A stretch of 6,174 nucleotides of DNA from Clostridiales bacterium GWB2_37_7 (GTDB lineage: Bacteria > Bacillota > Clostridia > Lutisporales > Lutisporaceae), in contig MGOS01000096.1 in assembly GCA_001797185.1 (NCBI GenBank), forward strand, positions 29,274-35,447. Direction: 5' to 3'. Positions within the stretch are counted from its first letter, which is position 1. Every line of letters starts with the position of its first letter. The translations under genes were made by a program, and so were the position numbers. Under the pieces are notes generated by a model that was given only the letters and a program-made list of their open reading frames with translations, did no database searches and was not told where the DNA came from. Positions 1 through 6,174 of this stretch are shown here, piece after piece.

Positions 1-874
1 CTGCCATGTCTGCATCTTCATTCTTAGATAGCAATTCTTTCAGATTGATCGTATCGTCATTAATTCTATTTATGGTTAATTCTAATCTGTTCGTCTTAAC
101 CCCAATTTCTGATCTGATTGCATTTACATTATCCATCTGAATATCTATTCTATCCAGTGCTTTATTTATCCCTGCCGTGTTGCTACTGTTTAAATCTGTA
201 ATCAGTTCATCAAAAACCTTTATCATTTGAGATGTATTGCCTGTAACAACGTCAGTAGCGGCATCAATGGAATCATCCACCGTTTTTCCACCTGCAAGAT
301 TTCCGAATATTTTTTGAGCCGGGAAGTTTATAGACATTCTGTCCCCTATTCCAATATTAAATTCTATAAGCTCTGCACTCTTTAACGTTTGTACGGGGTC
401 TGCAGCATCTGCTTGTAGGGAATACGCTCCGGTCTTGTCAAACAACGGCTTATTGGTCTTATAGCCGGCAAATATAGAGCTTCCTGCATAATCTGTATTT
501 CCAATATTTATCAATTGCTCCTTTAGTTGTGTTATTTCTGCAGCAATCGCCCTTCTTTCAGAAGCTGAGTTGGTTTCACTGGCAGCTTGTACTGTTAATT
601 CTCTGGTTCTTTGGAATACTGTCATCATATTATTCATCGCTATCTCCGTTGTTTCCAACCAAGATTGTGCATCCTCTGCGTTTCTCTTATACTGCTCCAT
701 ATTTGCTACATCAGTGTTAAGCCTCAAGCTTCTGGATACTCCGATAGGGTCCTCAGAGGGTGTTGAAAACTTCTTTCCCGTCGATAGCATTTGCTCTGTC
801 TTACTCATTGCAGACAAATTTCTGCTCATGTTTCTCATCATGCTGTTTAGCATCATGCCATTTGTTATACGCAT
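1..874 (-). CDS. flgL: Flagellar hook-associated protein 3 / hook-filament junction protein FlgL. The C-terminus is truncated by the window edge; 291 codons are visible.
   Basis: I checked the minus-strand frame triplet by triplet and it is open from the ATG at 874..872 to position 2, with no stop. The translation starts MRITNGMMLNSMMRNMSRNLSAMSKTEQMLSTGKKFSTPSEDPIGVSRSLRLNTDVANMEQYKRNAEDAQSWLETTE...RTRELTVQAASETNSASERRAIAAEITQLKEQL. This is the flagellin-N/FlgL-type N-terminal helix. The visible end, ...IRSEIGVKTNRLELTINRINDDTINLKELLSKNEDADMA, is the start of the flagellin-type C-terminal helix. A GAGGTG RBS (plus 880..885) lies 5 nt upstream of the ATG. The gene sits directly after flgK, as in B. 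subtilis. It is not in the supplied ORF track because no stop codon lies in the window. Confidence 0.9.
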   Translation of the reverse strand, partial: MRITNGMMLNSMMRNMSRNLSAMSKTEQMLSTGKKFSTPSEDPIGVSRSLRLNTDVANMEQYKRNAEDAQSWLETTEIAMNNMMTVFQRTRELTVQAASETNSASERRAIAAEITQLKEQLINIGNTDYAGSSIFAGYKTNKPLFDKTGAYSLQADAADPVQTLKSAELIEFNIGIGDRMSINFPAQKIFGNLAGGKTVDDSIDAATDVVTGNTSQMIKVFDELITDLNSSNTAGINKALDRIDIQMDNVNAIRSEIGVKTNRLELTINRINDDTINLKELLSKNEDADMA

Positions 875-886
875 CTTAACACCTCA

Positions 887-2416
887 CTATCTTCCTACTA
901 TACCTAATCTATTGATCATTGTATCCATTATGCCATCTAGTGTCGTAATCATTCTAGCTGAAGCATTGTAAGCTTGTTGGAATTTAACCATGTTACCCAT
1001 TTCCTCATCCAAGGAAACTCCTGATTCAGACATTCTTTTATTCTTGGTTTGCTCTACGATAGCCTCTGTATTAGTAGTCAATCGTTTAGCCTGATTTGTA
1101 TCTACAGAAAGCACGGAGAGAATAGACTTTATGAAGTCATCTGCTGTTCCATTTATTTTGCTTGTTGTTGTTGCATCATAGAATGTATCTCTCTTATTTC
1201 TTAAGCTTGCTAACAATTTAGCATTTTCATTGTTGCTTTCTCCTGCAGCTGCATCGGCAGCTGCAACCATGGAAGGGCTGCCTTTTATTGCAGCGTTAAC
1301 CTTTAAGTTTATACTGGTCACATTTTTCCAATCATCGGTGGTATCCAAGGGAGTTACTGTATCTGTAGGTTCATCGAAGAAATTTACCCCAGGATCACCG
1401 TCTTGATCTACTCCAGCTTTGTGCTGCTCATTAAAGGCTTTTGCAAAATCTCTTGCAAATCGATTGAGTTGATTTAAATAGAAGGGCAAGCCTCTATAAG
1501 AATAATTTTCTCCATTTCCATCTCTCATATCCAGCATTCCCTTTAATTCGCCGCTCTCAACCTTGACTTCATCCAAAGGAGCCCCATTTACGCCTGCCCA
1601 CTTTATCACACTTATCTTGCCCGTTCCCAATTCACTGACACCAGGTATATCTACATTATCTGTAGTAAGCTTATTGGTTTGATAGTGGTTGACCAGTGTA
1701 ATCCCACCGATCTTAACATTAAAATACTTTGCATTTCCTTCTCCAGAAACTTCACTTACTGATATATTAACCATCTGAGATAATTTGTCTACTAAAGTGC
1801 TCCGCTGATCCCTTAGTCCATTTGACTTACGTCCATCCAACTCCATATTGAATATTTGCTTGTTTAGCTCTGTTATTTGAGAAGCTAAGGCATTGACTTC
1901 ATCTACCTTGCTTTTGATTGCAAAGTTGGTATCTCTTATAGAATCAACAATTTGCTGTCCAAACCCACGAATGGTATTACTAAAGGTTACTGCTTTTTCA
2001 ATTAAATTTACTCTATTGGTATTGTCTCCAGACTTTTTCACGAGTTCTTCTATACTTGCAAACATCTCATCCATTACTTTTCTGATGCCTGTATCACTTG
2101 GCTCGTTGAATATACCTTCAACCTCCTGCAAGCCTTCACTTTTGGTATTCCATTCTGCATAAGCCTTAACCTGTCCCCAGTATTTATTATCCATATATTG
2201 GCTTCTTATCTGAACGACATCATAGGTCTCGACTCCCGTACCCACCAACCCCCTAGGATCTCCTCCTACCGGAATAGATGCTCTTTGAAGTACCTGCTGC
2301 CTAGAATAGCCCTCTGTGTTTGCATTGGAAATGTTATTGCTAACGATATCCAAGGACCTTTGGCTTGCAAACAAGCCCGAGGTCGCTGTATTAAATGTCC
2401 CAAAGGTGGTTCTCAT
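887..2416 (-). CDS. flgK: Flagellar hook-associated protein 1 (FlgK) family, second tandem copy (paralog B, 509 aa)
   Basis: The N-terminus MRTTFGTFNTATSGLFASQRSLDIVSNNISNANTEGYSRQ matches the flagellar basal-body rod/hook N-terminal motif. The centre contains RGLPFYLNQLNRFARDFAKAFNEQHKAG, which is FlgK-like. The C-terminus VSLDEEMGNMVKFQQAYNASARMITTLDGIMDTMINRLGIVGR is the FlgK-type C-terminal helix. The length is close to that of Bacillus FlgK. An AGGGTG RBS lies 7 nt upstream of the ATG and overlaps the stop of the preceding gene, leaving a 12-nt gap. Confidence 0.85.
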   Translation of the reverse strand: MRTTFGTFNTATSGLFASQRSLDIVSNNISNANTEGYSRQQVLQRASIPVGGDPRGLVGTGVETYDVVQIRSQYMDNKYWGQVKAYAEWNTKSEGLQEVEGIFNEPSDTGIRKVMDEMFASIEELVKKSGDNTNRVNLIEKAVTFSNTIRGFGQQIVDSIRDTNFAIKSKVDEVNALASQITELNKQIFNMELDGRKSNGLRDQRSTLVDKLSQMVNISVSEVSGEGNAKYFNVKIGGITLVNHYQTNKLTTDNVDIPGVSELGTGKISVIKWAGVNGAPLDEVKVESGELKGMLDMRDGNGENYSYRGLPFYLNQLNRFARDFAKAFNEQHKAGVDQDGDPGVNFFDEPTDTVTPLDTTDDWKNVTSINLKVNAAIKGSPSMVAAADAAAGESNNENAKLLASLRNKRDTFYDATTTSKINGTADDFIKSILSVLSVDTNQAKRLTTNTEAIVEQTKNKRMSESGVSLDEEMGNMVKFQQAYNASARMITTLDGIMDTMINRLGIVGR

Positions 2417-2428
2417 AAATCATCACCC

Positions 2429-3877
2429 TTACCTTCCGCCTAAACCGATTTTATTCACAATAACATCCAACATTTCATCCAGCGCATTTACGATTCTCGC
2501 TGCCGCATTGTAGGAGTTTTCATATTTAATCAAATTGCTCATTTCTTCATCCAAGGACACAGCCATAAGCGATTGTCTCCTGTTCTCTACCTGTTCAACC
2601 AGCAAATTCTGCGCATCTGCTGCATTTGCTGCTTTATTGCCTTCTAAGCCAATGTCTGTTATTATACTTCTATAAAATTCATCAAAGTTGAATTTACCGT
2701 TTGCCGCATCGTATTGAGTATCTGTAAATACATCCTTGAGCCTCCACTCTGATATCTCAAGTGCATTCTGATTATCCTCATAGTTTCCGGGAGGTGCTAA
2801 TTTCGCTGCAGCAATATTATTTACTTCCAATAATTCCGTATTGTAGCCTATATTGCTGATATCCATTCCTACAGTTGTATTATCAGTACTGTTAACAAAC
2901 ATCACTCTTTGTGTACTATCTATGTTTCCGTAGCCTGCGAGATGCAGCTTGTTTACCTCTTCCGCTACACCTTTTACAAATTCATTTAATCTATCTCTAA
3001 AGCCATCTACCAGCTCATCTCTCGTCTCAATCAGCGCTTTTACACTTCCGCCATCAATATTCATATTTTCCATCGTCTTGCTCCACTTGATGGAATAATA
3101 ACCATCTGCGGACATTTCAGGCACTGCTACAAGGGGGTTATATTCGGTATCCGCCACCAGCAGTCTTCCTCCGAGATTAATATTGAAGACAGTTCCTTCT
3201 ACAACCTGAATATTAACCATTTTAGACAATTCAAGTACATCCTTATCTCTTTGGTCTCTCAAATCATTGGCTATTACACCACTGCCTTCTATTTTCTTTA
3301 TATCATAGTTGATATCCGCTATATTCTTTGTTAAAGCATTGAGCTTGTCTACATTTTCTTTGATTTCATTGTTTCGGTTTCTTCTAAAATCAATCAGCAT
3401 TTTGTCTAGGTTCTTGACCGTCTCAACAAAGGCAATGGCATTTTCCTTTACCAATGACCTTGCTGTAAGGCCTCCCCCTGGCTTAGAAAGCTGTGACCAT
3501 GAATTCCAAAAGCTATCCATAACAGACTGAAGACCATCCTCCGTATTGTCATTGAATATTGTCTCCAATTCCTCAATGGATCCTTTTCTGGCATCCCAAT
3601 AGCCTAGCTCTTGGTTTTCTCTTCTTAGCTTTTGGTCCAAAAAATAATCTCTATATTGCCTGATTTCCTGAACGTCTACTCCGGTACCAACATTCATCAG
3701 GTTTCCATTTCCAGAAACACCTATATAGGTAGGTGAGGTAGATGCATGGATTACACTTTGACGTGAATAACCCGGGGTATTCACGTTACTTATATTATGA
3801 CCTGTAACATCTAATGCTCTTTGCTGTGCCCATGCCCCCGATATTGCAATGCTTAAACCGGCAAAAGTAGACCTCAT
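2429..3877 (-). CDS. flgK: Flagellar hook-associated protein 1 (FlgK) family, first tandem copy (paralog A, 482 aa)
   Basis: The N-terminus is MRSTFAGLSIAISGAWAQQRALDVTGHNISNVNTPGYSRQ. An FWNSWSQLSKPGG segment is FlgK-like. The C-terminus is VSLDEEMSNLIKYENSYNAAARIVNALDEMLDVIVNKIGLGGR. A GAGGTG RBS (plus 3883..3888) lies 5 nt upstream of the ATG, 18 nt after the flgN stop. Confidence 0.9.
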   Translation of the reverse strand: MRSTFAGLSIAISGAWAQQRALDVTGHNISNVNTPGYSRQSVIHASTSPTYIGVSGNGNLMNVGTGVDVQEIRQYRDYFLDQKLRRENQELGYWDARKGSIEELETIFNDNTEDGLQSVMDSFWNSWSQLSKPGGGLTARSLVKENAIAFVETVKNLDKMLIDFRRNRNNEIKENVDKLNALTKNIADINYDIKKIEGSGVIANDLRDQRDKDVLELSKMVNIQVVEGTVFNINLGGRLLVADTEYNPLVAVPEMSADGYYSIKWSKTMENMNIDGGSVKALIETRDELVDGFRDRLNEFVKGVAEEVNKLHLAGYGNIDSTQRVMFVNSTDNTTVGMDISNIGYNTELLEVNNIAAAKLAPPGNYEDNQNALEISEWRLKDVFTDTQYDAANGKFNFDEFYRSIITDIGLEGNKAANAADAQNLLVEQVENRRQSLMAVSLDEEMSNLIKYENSYNAAARIVNALDEMLDVIVNKIGLGGR

Positions 3878-3895
3878 AAAATCACCTCAATTTTC

Positions 3896-4399
3896 CTATA
3901 CCTTGGTATCAAATAATCTTTTCTTATTGTCCGGGCCTTGGTTCGCTGGCTTTAAATCCTCATAAAGCGAGCTTGCCGGACCAGCGCTGGTAATCATATT
4001 TACAGAGTATTCAATATAGTCTAAGGACTGTTGTATAAGCTGTCCATTGACGTTATTTACATTCTGCAGCTCTGTTATGGTATTGCTCATTTCTTTTTGT
4101 AATACTTTTAGCTGCTCTGACAATTGAAGCGGCAAATGCTTTACCAGCTCAGTTACATTGGTCTTACCGTCCAACTGAAGCATCGTACAAAGCTTTTGCA
4201 GCTCCTGCTCTCTAATCTTCTCAAGCTGCCCCAAGTCAAAAATCATATTTTGTTCGATTTTTACAATTTTATCTAACTCCGGCAGCTTGCTCTCAATTAT
4301 AAAGGATTTCTTTTTGTTGGATAGCTCAAGCAAGTCCTTGTAATATGAATATTCCTTTTTTAAAATTTCAACTATTTTTTCAGCTTGTCTATCAATCAT
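3896..4399 (-). CDS. flgN: FlgN/YvyG-family flagellar export chaperone (167 aa)
   Basis: The gene lies between flgM and flgK, the canonical flgN/yvyG slot. The protein is small, predicted helical and rich in charged residues and Leu/Gln (EILKKEYSYYKDLLELSNKK..., QLSEQLKVLQKEMSNTITELQNV). As far as I recall, its C-terminal ...KKRLFDTKV tail resembles the ...LFDSKA ending of Bacillus YvyG. A GAGGGAG RBS sits at plus 4411..4417. The family call rests on synteny, composition and a remembered motif, not on a search. Confidence 0.75.
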   Translation of the reverse strand: MIDRQAEKIVEILKKEYSYYKDLLELSNKKKSFIIESKLPELDKIVKIEQNMIFDLGQLEKIREQELQKLCTMLQLDGKTNVTELVKHLPLQLSEQLKVLQKEMSNTITELQNVNNVNGQLIQQSLDYIEYSVNMITSAGPASSLYEDLKPANQGPDNKKRLFDTKV

Positions 4400-4458
4400 A
4401 CAATTTCACTCTCCCTCAGAAAAACCACAACTACACTTATACAAAGCCATGGCTTTTC

Positions 4459-4764
4459 CTATATCTTCTTGTTGAAGCCGCCTAAAAGAATCTTCTCTGC
4501 AATGCTTTTGCTATCAACCTTGTAAGTGCCGTTATCCATTTTTTCCTTTATAGGATTGATAACTTCCTCTCTGATATCAGGCAAATTATTCAATTGCTTC
4601 ACAGATTTAAGCACTGTTTGAAAGTCCATAGCTTCTTTTGAAATCTGAACTTGATCCTTTTTACTTGACACAGACGCAGCTTCATTCACTGATTTTTTGG
4701 CTTCCACCTTGTTTACTTTGTAGACTTGGTTTACCCCGCCAATTTTGTTAAAGCCTATTCCCAT
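4459..4764 (-). CDS. flgM: Anti-sigma-28/sigmaD factor FlgM (101 aa from the ATG at 4764; the track ORF starts at a GTG at 4779)
   Basis: The protein is small. Its C-terminal region, IREEVINPIKEKMDNGTYKVDSKSIAEKILLG, matches the conserved FlgM motif (I..G.Y.VD...IA.K+L). The N-terminal half is Ser/Lys/Val-rich and of low complexity, as expected for a disordered FlgM. GAGAGGTG (plus 4770..4777) lies 5 nt upstream of the ATG at 4764, so the GTG at 4779 would sit inside this RBS and is less likely. The gene is directly upstream of flgN-flgK. Confidence 0.85.
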   Translation of the reverse strand: MGIGFNKIGGVNQVYKVNKVEAKKSVNEAASVSSKKDQVQISKEAMDFQTVLKSVKQLNNLPDIREEVINPIKEKMDNGTYKVDSKSIAEKILLGGFNKKI

Positions 4765-4798
4765 GGTAGCACCTCTCACATTTTCTTTTTCAATATTT

Positions 4799-4827
4799 TT
4801 ATCGGTATTTATTATATAATAGTTTAG
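4799..4827 (-). promoter_or_regulatory. Candidate sigmaD/sigma28-type promoter for flgM-flgN-flgK-flgK-flgL
   Basis: The minus strand reads gCTAAActattatataataaatACCGATAAaaatattg. The -35 element CTAAA is at plus 4823..4827 and the -10 element ACCGATAA is at plus 4799..4806. The B. subtilis sigmaD consensus is usually written TAAA-N15-GCCGATAT and the enteric sigma28 -10 as GCCGATAA. Here the spacer is 16 nt, one longer than consensus, and the CCGATA core is exact. The site is about 35 nt upstream of the flgM ATG and immediately downstream of a terminator, which is the expected location. Confidence 0.55.
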
Positions 4828-4852
4828 CTTTTTTTCATTAATATATTAAAGT

Positions 4853-4897
4853 AAAAAAAGAATATTCCAGAGCCGGCACTTTGCCATCTCTGGAATA
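4853..4897 (-). terminator. Rho-independent terminator downstream of yvyF
   Basis: A perfect 10-bp stem pairs TATTCCAGAG (4863..4872) with CTCTGGAATA (4888..4897). An inner 4-bp extension pairs GGCA (4875..4878) with TGCC (4882..4885). On the minus strand the stem is followed directly by TTCTTTTTTTAC, which is the plus-strand A-run at 4853..4859. On the plus strand no T-run follows the stem, so it is oriented for minus-strand transcripts. It lies 80 nt after the yvyF stop. Confidence 0.75.
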
Positions 4898-4929
4898 CTA
4901 CTAATATTTATACATATGTTATTTTAGTT

Positions 4930-4949
4930 GGACGCTGTGGGCAGCGCCC
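4930..4949 (-). other. GC-rich RNA hairpin in the yvyF 3' UTR, with no U-tract
   Basis: The minus-strand RNA GGGCGCUG-ccca-CAGCGUCC forms an 8-bp stem with one G.U wobble and a 4-nt loop. On the plus-strand transcript the same position would be an A.C mismatch, so the structure favours the minus-sense RNA. It is an isolated GC island in an otherwise very AT-rich spacer. Confidence 0.4.
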
Positions 4950-4977
4950 CCTACGTATGCTTATATATTTGAACATG

Positions 4978-5400
4978 CTACTTACGTCTTGTTGCTGTAT
5001 ACATTTGATCCCTTTGATGCTTTGCCCTATTCTCTGCTGACGGTTCATTGTGCTTATCCAATCCAAATTCTTTTCTTAGAGAAGCTTTCAATTCGTCCTT
5101 ACAATTTTGACAGAAGCGTCCCATGTTTATCGGTCTGCCGCATTTTTCACATTCCAGCAGCATATTTGTATTCTCAGAGCTTATCTGCAGCCGCTCTTCT
5201 CTTAAGAATCTCATTATTTTTTCTCCATCTACGCCTGTAGCTGCAGATACTTCTTGCACCGTAGAGCCAGGATAATCATAGAGGTAATCCTTTACCTTCT
5301 TGAATTCATCTTCTTCTTCCTCTACACAATAACTGCATATGGGTTTTCCCACATAGCCGTAAACTCTACCGCATCTTGAACAATTGCGAAGATCTGCCAT
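4978..5400 (-). CDS. yvyF: YvyF-like flagellar-operon protein with a double zinc-ribbon and a central HTH-like segment (140 aa from the ATG at 5400; the track ORF starts at a TTG at 5418)
   Basis: The protein starts MADLRNCSRCGRVYGYVGKPICSYCVEEEEDEFKKVKDYLYDYPGSTVQEVSAATGVDGEKIMRFLREERL, followed later by ...CEKCGRPINMGRFCQNC. It carries two CxxC...CxxC zinc-ribbon pairs flanking a helix-turn-helix-like stretch. This resembles the YvyF (TIGR03826-type) family that sits between comFC and flgM in B. subtilis. A strong GAGGGAGGG RBS (plus 5408..5416) lies 7 nt before the ATG at 5400 and covers most of the TTG-start extension, so the ATG is preferred. Confidence 0.8.
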   Translation of the reverse strand: MADLRNCSRCGRVYGYVGKPICSYCVEEEEDEFKKVKDYLYDYPGSTVQEVSAATGVDGEKIMRFLREERLQISSENTNMLLECEKCGRPINMGRFCQNCKDELKASLRKEFGLDKHNEPSAENRAKHQRDQMYTATRRK

Positions 5401-5424
5401 AGATATACCCTCCCTCAATACATT

Positions 5425-6138
5425 TTAAGTATTGCTGCCCGTCGCAGCTGTGATAACAAAAATTTTCTCTATCCCTTGCTGTTTTAATATTCTGCTGCAC
5501 TCGTCTACAGTACTGCCCGTAGTATAAACATCATCAACCAACAAAACGCTATTATACTCTTCATCATTATACAACATTTTTATGCAAAATGCATTATGAA
5601 CATTCAAAATCCTATGAATTTTATCTAGTTTAAATTGCTCCTGCGTTTCCTTTGTTCTTGTTATGCAATCCCATAATGGAACATCTGACATCGCTGCAAT
5701 TTTCTCTGCAATTAACAGCGCCTGATTAAAGCCCCTGGCTTCTTCCTTCCTGCTATGAATAGGTACAGGTACAACTGCATCCACCACGATATTTTCGTCC
5801 TTCAGTTTTTGATGCATCAACCTGGCGAGAGTGTGAGATACTTCTTTGCAGCTCTCATATTTAAGCTTATGAATGATCGTTTTACCCATAGCCTTGTAGC
5901 GAAAACAAGAAAACGCCATATCAAAGTGCTTGTCCCCCAGTTTGCAATCAGGACAAGTATGATCATCGTAATCATCATCAAAACCTTTTCCACACTTAAG
6001 ACAAACTCTCCCCTCCAAATATTCAAGAGAGGCCAAGCAAGCGCTGCAAACTTCTTCAATTGCAGCTCTGCCACATACACAGCATCTTATACATTTTGGA
6101 TACAGAAGCTGAATTAAGCTTTTCTTTATATTCCTCAT
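5425..6138 (-). CDS. comFC: ComF-family protein (ComFC-like phosphoribosyltransferase-fold competence protein), 237 aa from the ATG at 6138; the alternative ATG at 6150 gives 241 aa
   Basis: The N-terminal region has four CxxC pairs (CIRC..CSAC..CLKC..CPDC), a double zinc-ribbon typical of ComFC. The C-terminal LLVDDVYTTGSTVDEC is the PRPP-binding/PRTase-fold signature. GAGGTG lies 4 nt upstream of the ATG at 6138, and no RBS lies near the ATG at 6150. Synteny with yvyF-flgM matches B. subtilis comFC. Confidence 0.85.
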   Translation of the reverse strand: MRNIKKSLIQLLYPKCIRCCVCGRAAIEEVCSACLASLEYLEGRVCLKCGKGFDDDYDDHTCPDCKLGDKHFDMAFSCFRYKAMGKTIIHKLKYESCKEVSHTLARLMHQKLKDENIVVDAVVPVPIHSRKEEARGFNQALLIAEKIAAMSDVPLWDCITRTKETQEQFKLDKIHRILNVHNAFCIKMLYNDEEYNSVLLVDDVYTTGSTVDECSRILKQQGIEKIFVITAATGSNT

Positions 6139-6174
6139 ATTACACCTCATTATATTCGGAGTAACTCTTACACC

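Noticed and set aside
740-748. A CCGATA motif on the plus strand inside flgL, which could be an antisense sigmaD -10 element.
   Set aside because: No TAAA -35 element lies at the required 15 to 16 nt spacing. The hexamer simply encodes part of the conserved DPIGV segment on the opposite strand.
570-971. A 133-aa plus-strand ORF spanning the flgK-B/flgL junction, plus the overlapping 63-aa ORF at 529..720.
   Set aside because: It is entirely antisense to strongly supported flgL and flgK coding sequence. It has no RBS. Its Leu/Ile/Ser/Phe-rich composition is typical of the reverse frame of an AT-rich gene, and it has no recognisable motif.
1893-2513. Plus-strand ORFs at 1893..2162, 2198..2443 and 2316..2513, all antisense to the flgK paralogs.
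   Set aside because: They are shadow ORFs on the opposite strand of well-supported genes. They have low-complexity or Cys/Ser/Leu-rich translations, no RBS and no family resemblance.
3309-3530. A 73-aa plus-strand ORF inside flgK paralog A.
   Set aside because: It is an antisense shadow ORF with a hydrophobic, low-complexity translation and no translation signals.
4443-4456. A perfect 14-nt palindrome, AAAGCCATGGCTTT, immediately after the flgM stop. It could be an attenuator or an operator.
   Set aside because: As a hairpin it gives only a 5-bp stem with a 4-nt loop, and no U-tract follows on the minus strand. A perfect 14-nt palindrome is expected about 0.4 times by chance in 6.2 kb (6174 x 4^-7), and more often in AT-rich DNA, so it is not significant on its own.
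4807-4850. A TATAAT hexamer on the minus strand in the flgM upstream spacer, which could be a sigmaA -10 element.
   Set aside because: The hexamers at 17 and 18 nt spacing (AATGAA and TAATGA) match TTGACA poorly. TATAAT-like strings are expected by chance in this extremely AT-rich spacer. The sigmaD-like element is the better-supported promoter.
4908-4976. A 22-codon minus-strand mini-ORF (MFKYISIRRGRCPQRPTKITYV) that starts 1 nt after the yvyF stop and runs through the GC hairpin.
   Set aside because: It has no Shine-Dalgarno sequence upstream and is very short. The GC-rich part is better explained as RNA structure. There is nothing to suggest a leader or toxin peptide.
4989-5240. An 83-aa plus-strand ORF antisense to yvyF.
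   Set aside because: The opposite strand encodes a protein with clear paired CxxC motifs and a strong RBS. The plus-strand product has no features and no RBS.
5755-6117. A 120-aa plus-strand ORF, and an 87-aa alternate-frame minus-strand ORF (5817..6080), both inside comFC.
   Set aside because: Both are nested in the comFC reading frame, which carries the zinc-ribbon and PRTase signatures. Neither has an RBS or a recognisable motif, and a nested gene is not needed to explain the sequence.
1-6174. I searched for a novel accessory system: defence genes, toxin-antitoxin pairs, CRISPR repeats, mobile-element ends, retron or other ncRNA-like structured regions, and long direct or inverted repeats.
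   Set aside because: Every coding gene has a confident housekeeping flagellar or competence assignment in conserved synteny. Intergenic gaps are 12 to 59 nt apart from the one 197-nt spacer, which is explained by the terminator and promoter. I saw no repeat arrays or element boundaries.

Overview
The window is an AT-rich, Firmicutes/Clostridia-type late flagellar locus. Every credible gene is on the minus strand, and the order matches the Bacillus subtilis comF-yvyF-flgM-yvyG-flgK-flgL region. Reading right to left: comFC-like phosphoribosyltransferase (5425..6138), yvyF-like double zinc-ribbon protein (4978..5400), a 197-nt spacer, flgM (4459..4764), flgN/yvyG-like chaperone (3896..4399), two tandem full-length FlgK-family genes (2429..3877 and 887..2416), and flgL (1..874). 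The spacer holds a GC-rich hairpin, a rho-independent terminator and a sigmaD/sigma28-type promoter. flgL runs off the left edge and is missing from the supplied ORF track because it has no in-window stop. All plus-strand ORFs in the track are antisense to these genes and look spurious. I found no tRNA/rRNA, CRISPR array, transposase, integrase or long repeats. Honest assessment: this is an ordinary, conserved motility/competence neighbourhood, and I cannot support a new biological system here. Three things deserve a second look. (1) There are two divergent flgK paralogs where the B. subtilis model has one. (2) A terminator plus a sigmaD-like promoter sit between yvyF and flgM, which would split comFC-yvyF from the flagellar late genes. 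(3) The yvyF-like protein is poorly characterised and has a Zn-ribbon / HTH-like / Zn-ribbon layout. All three are of modest interest.
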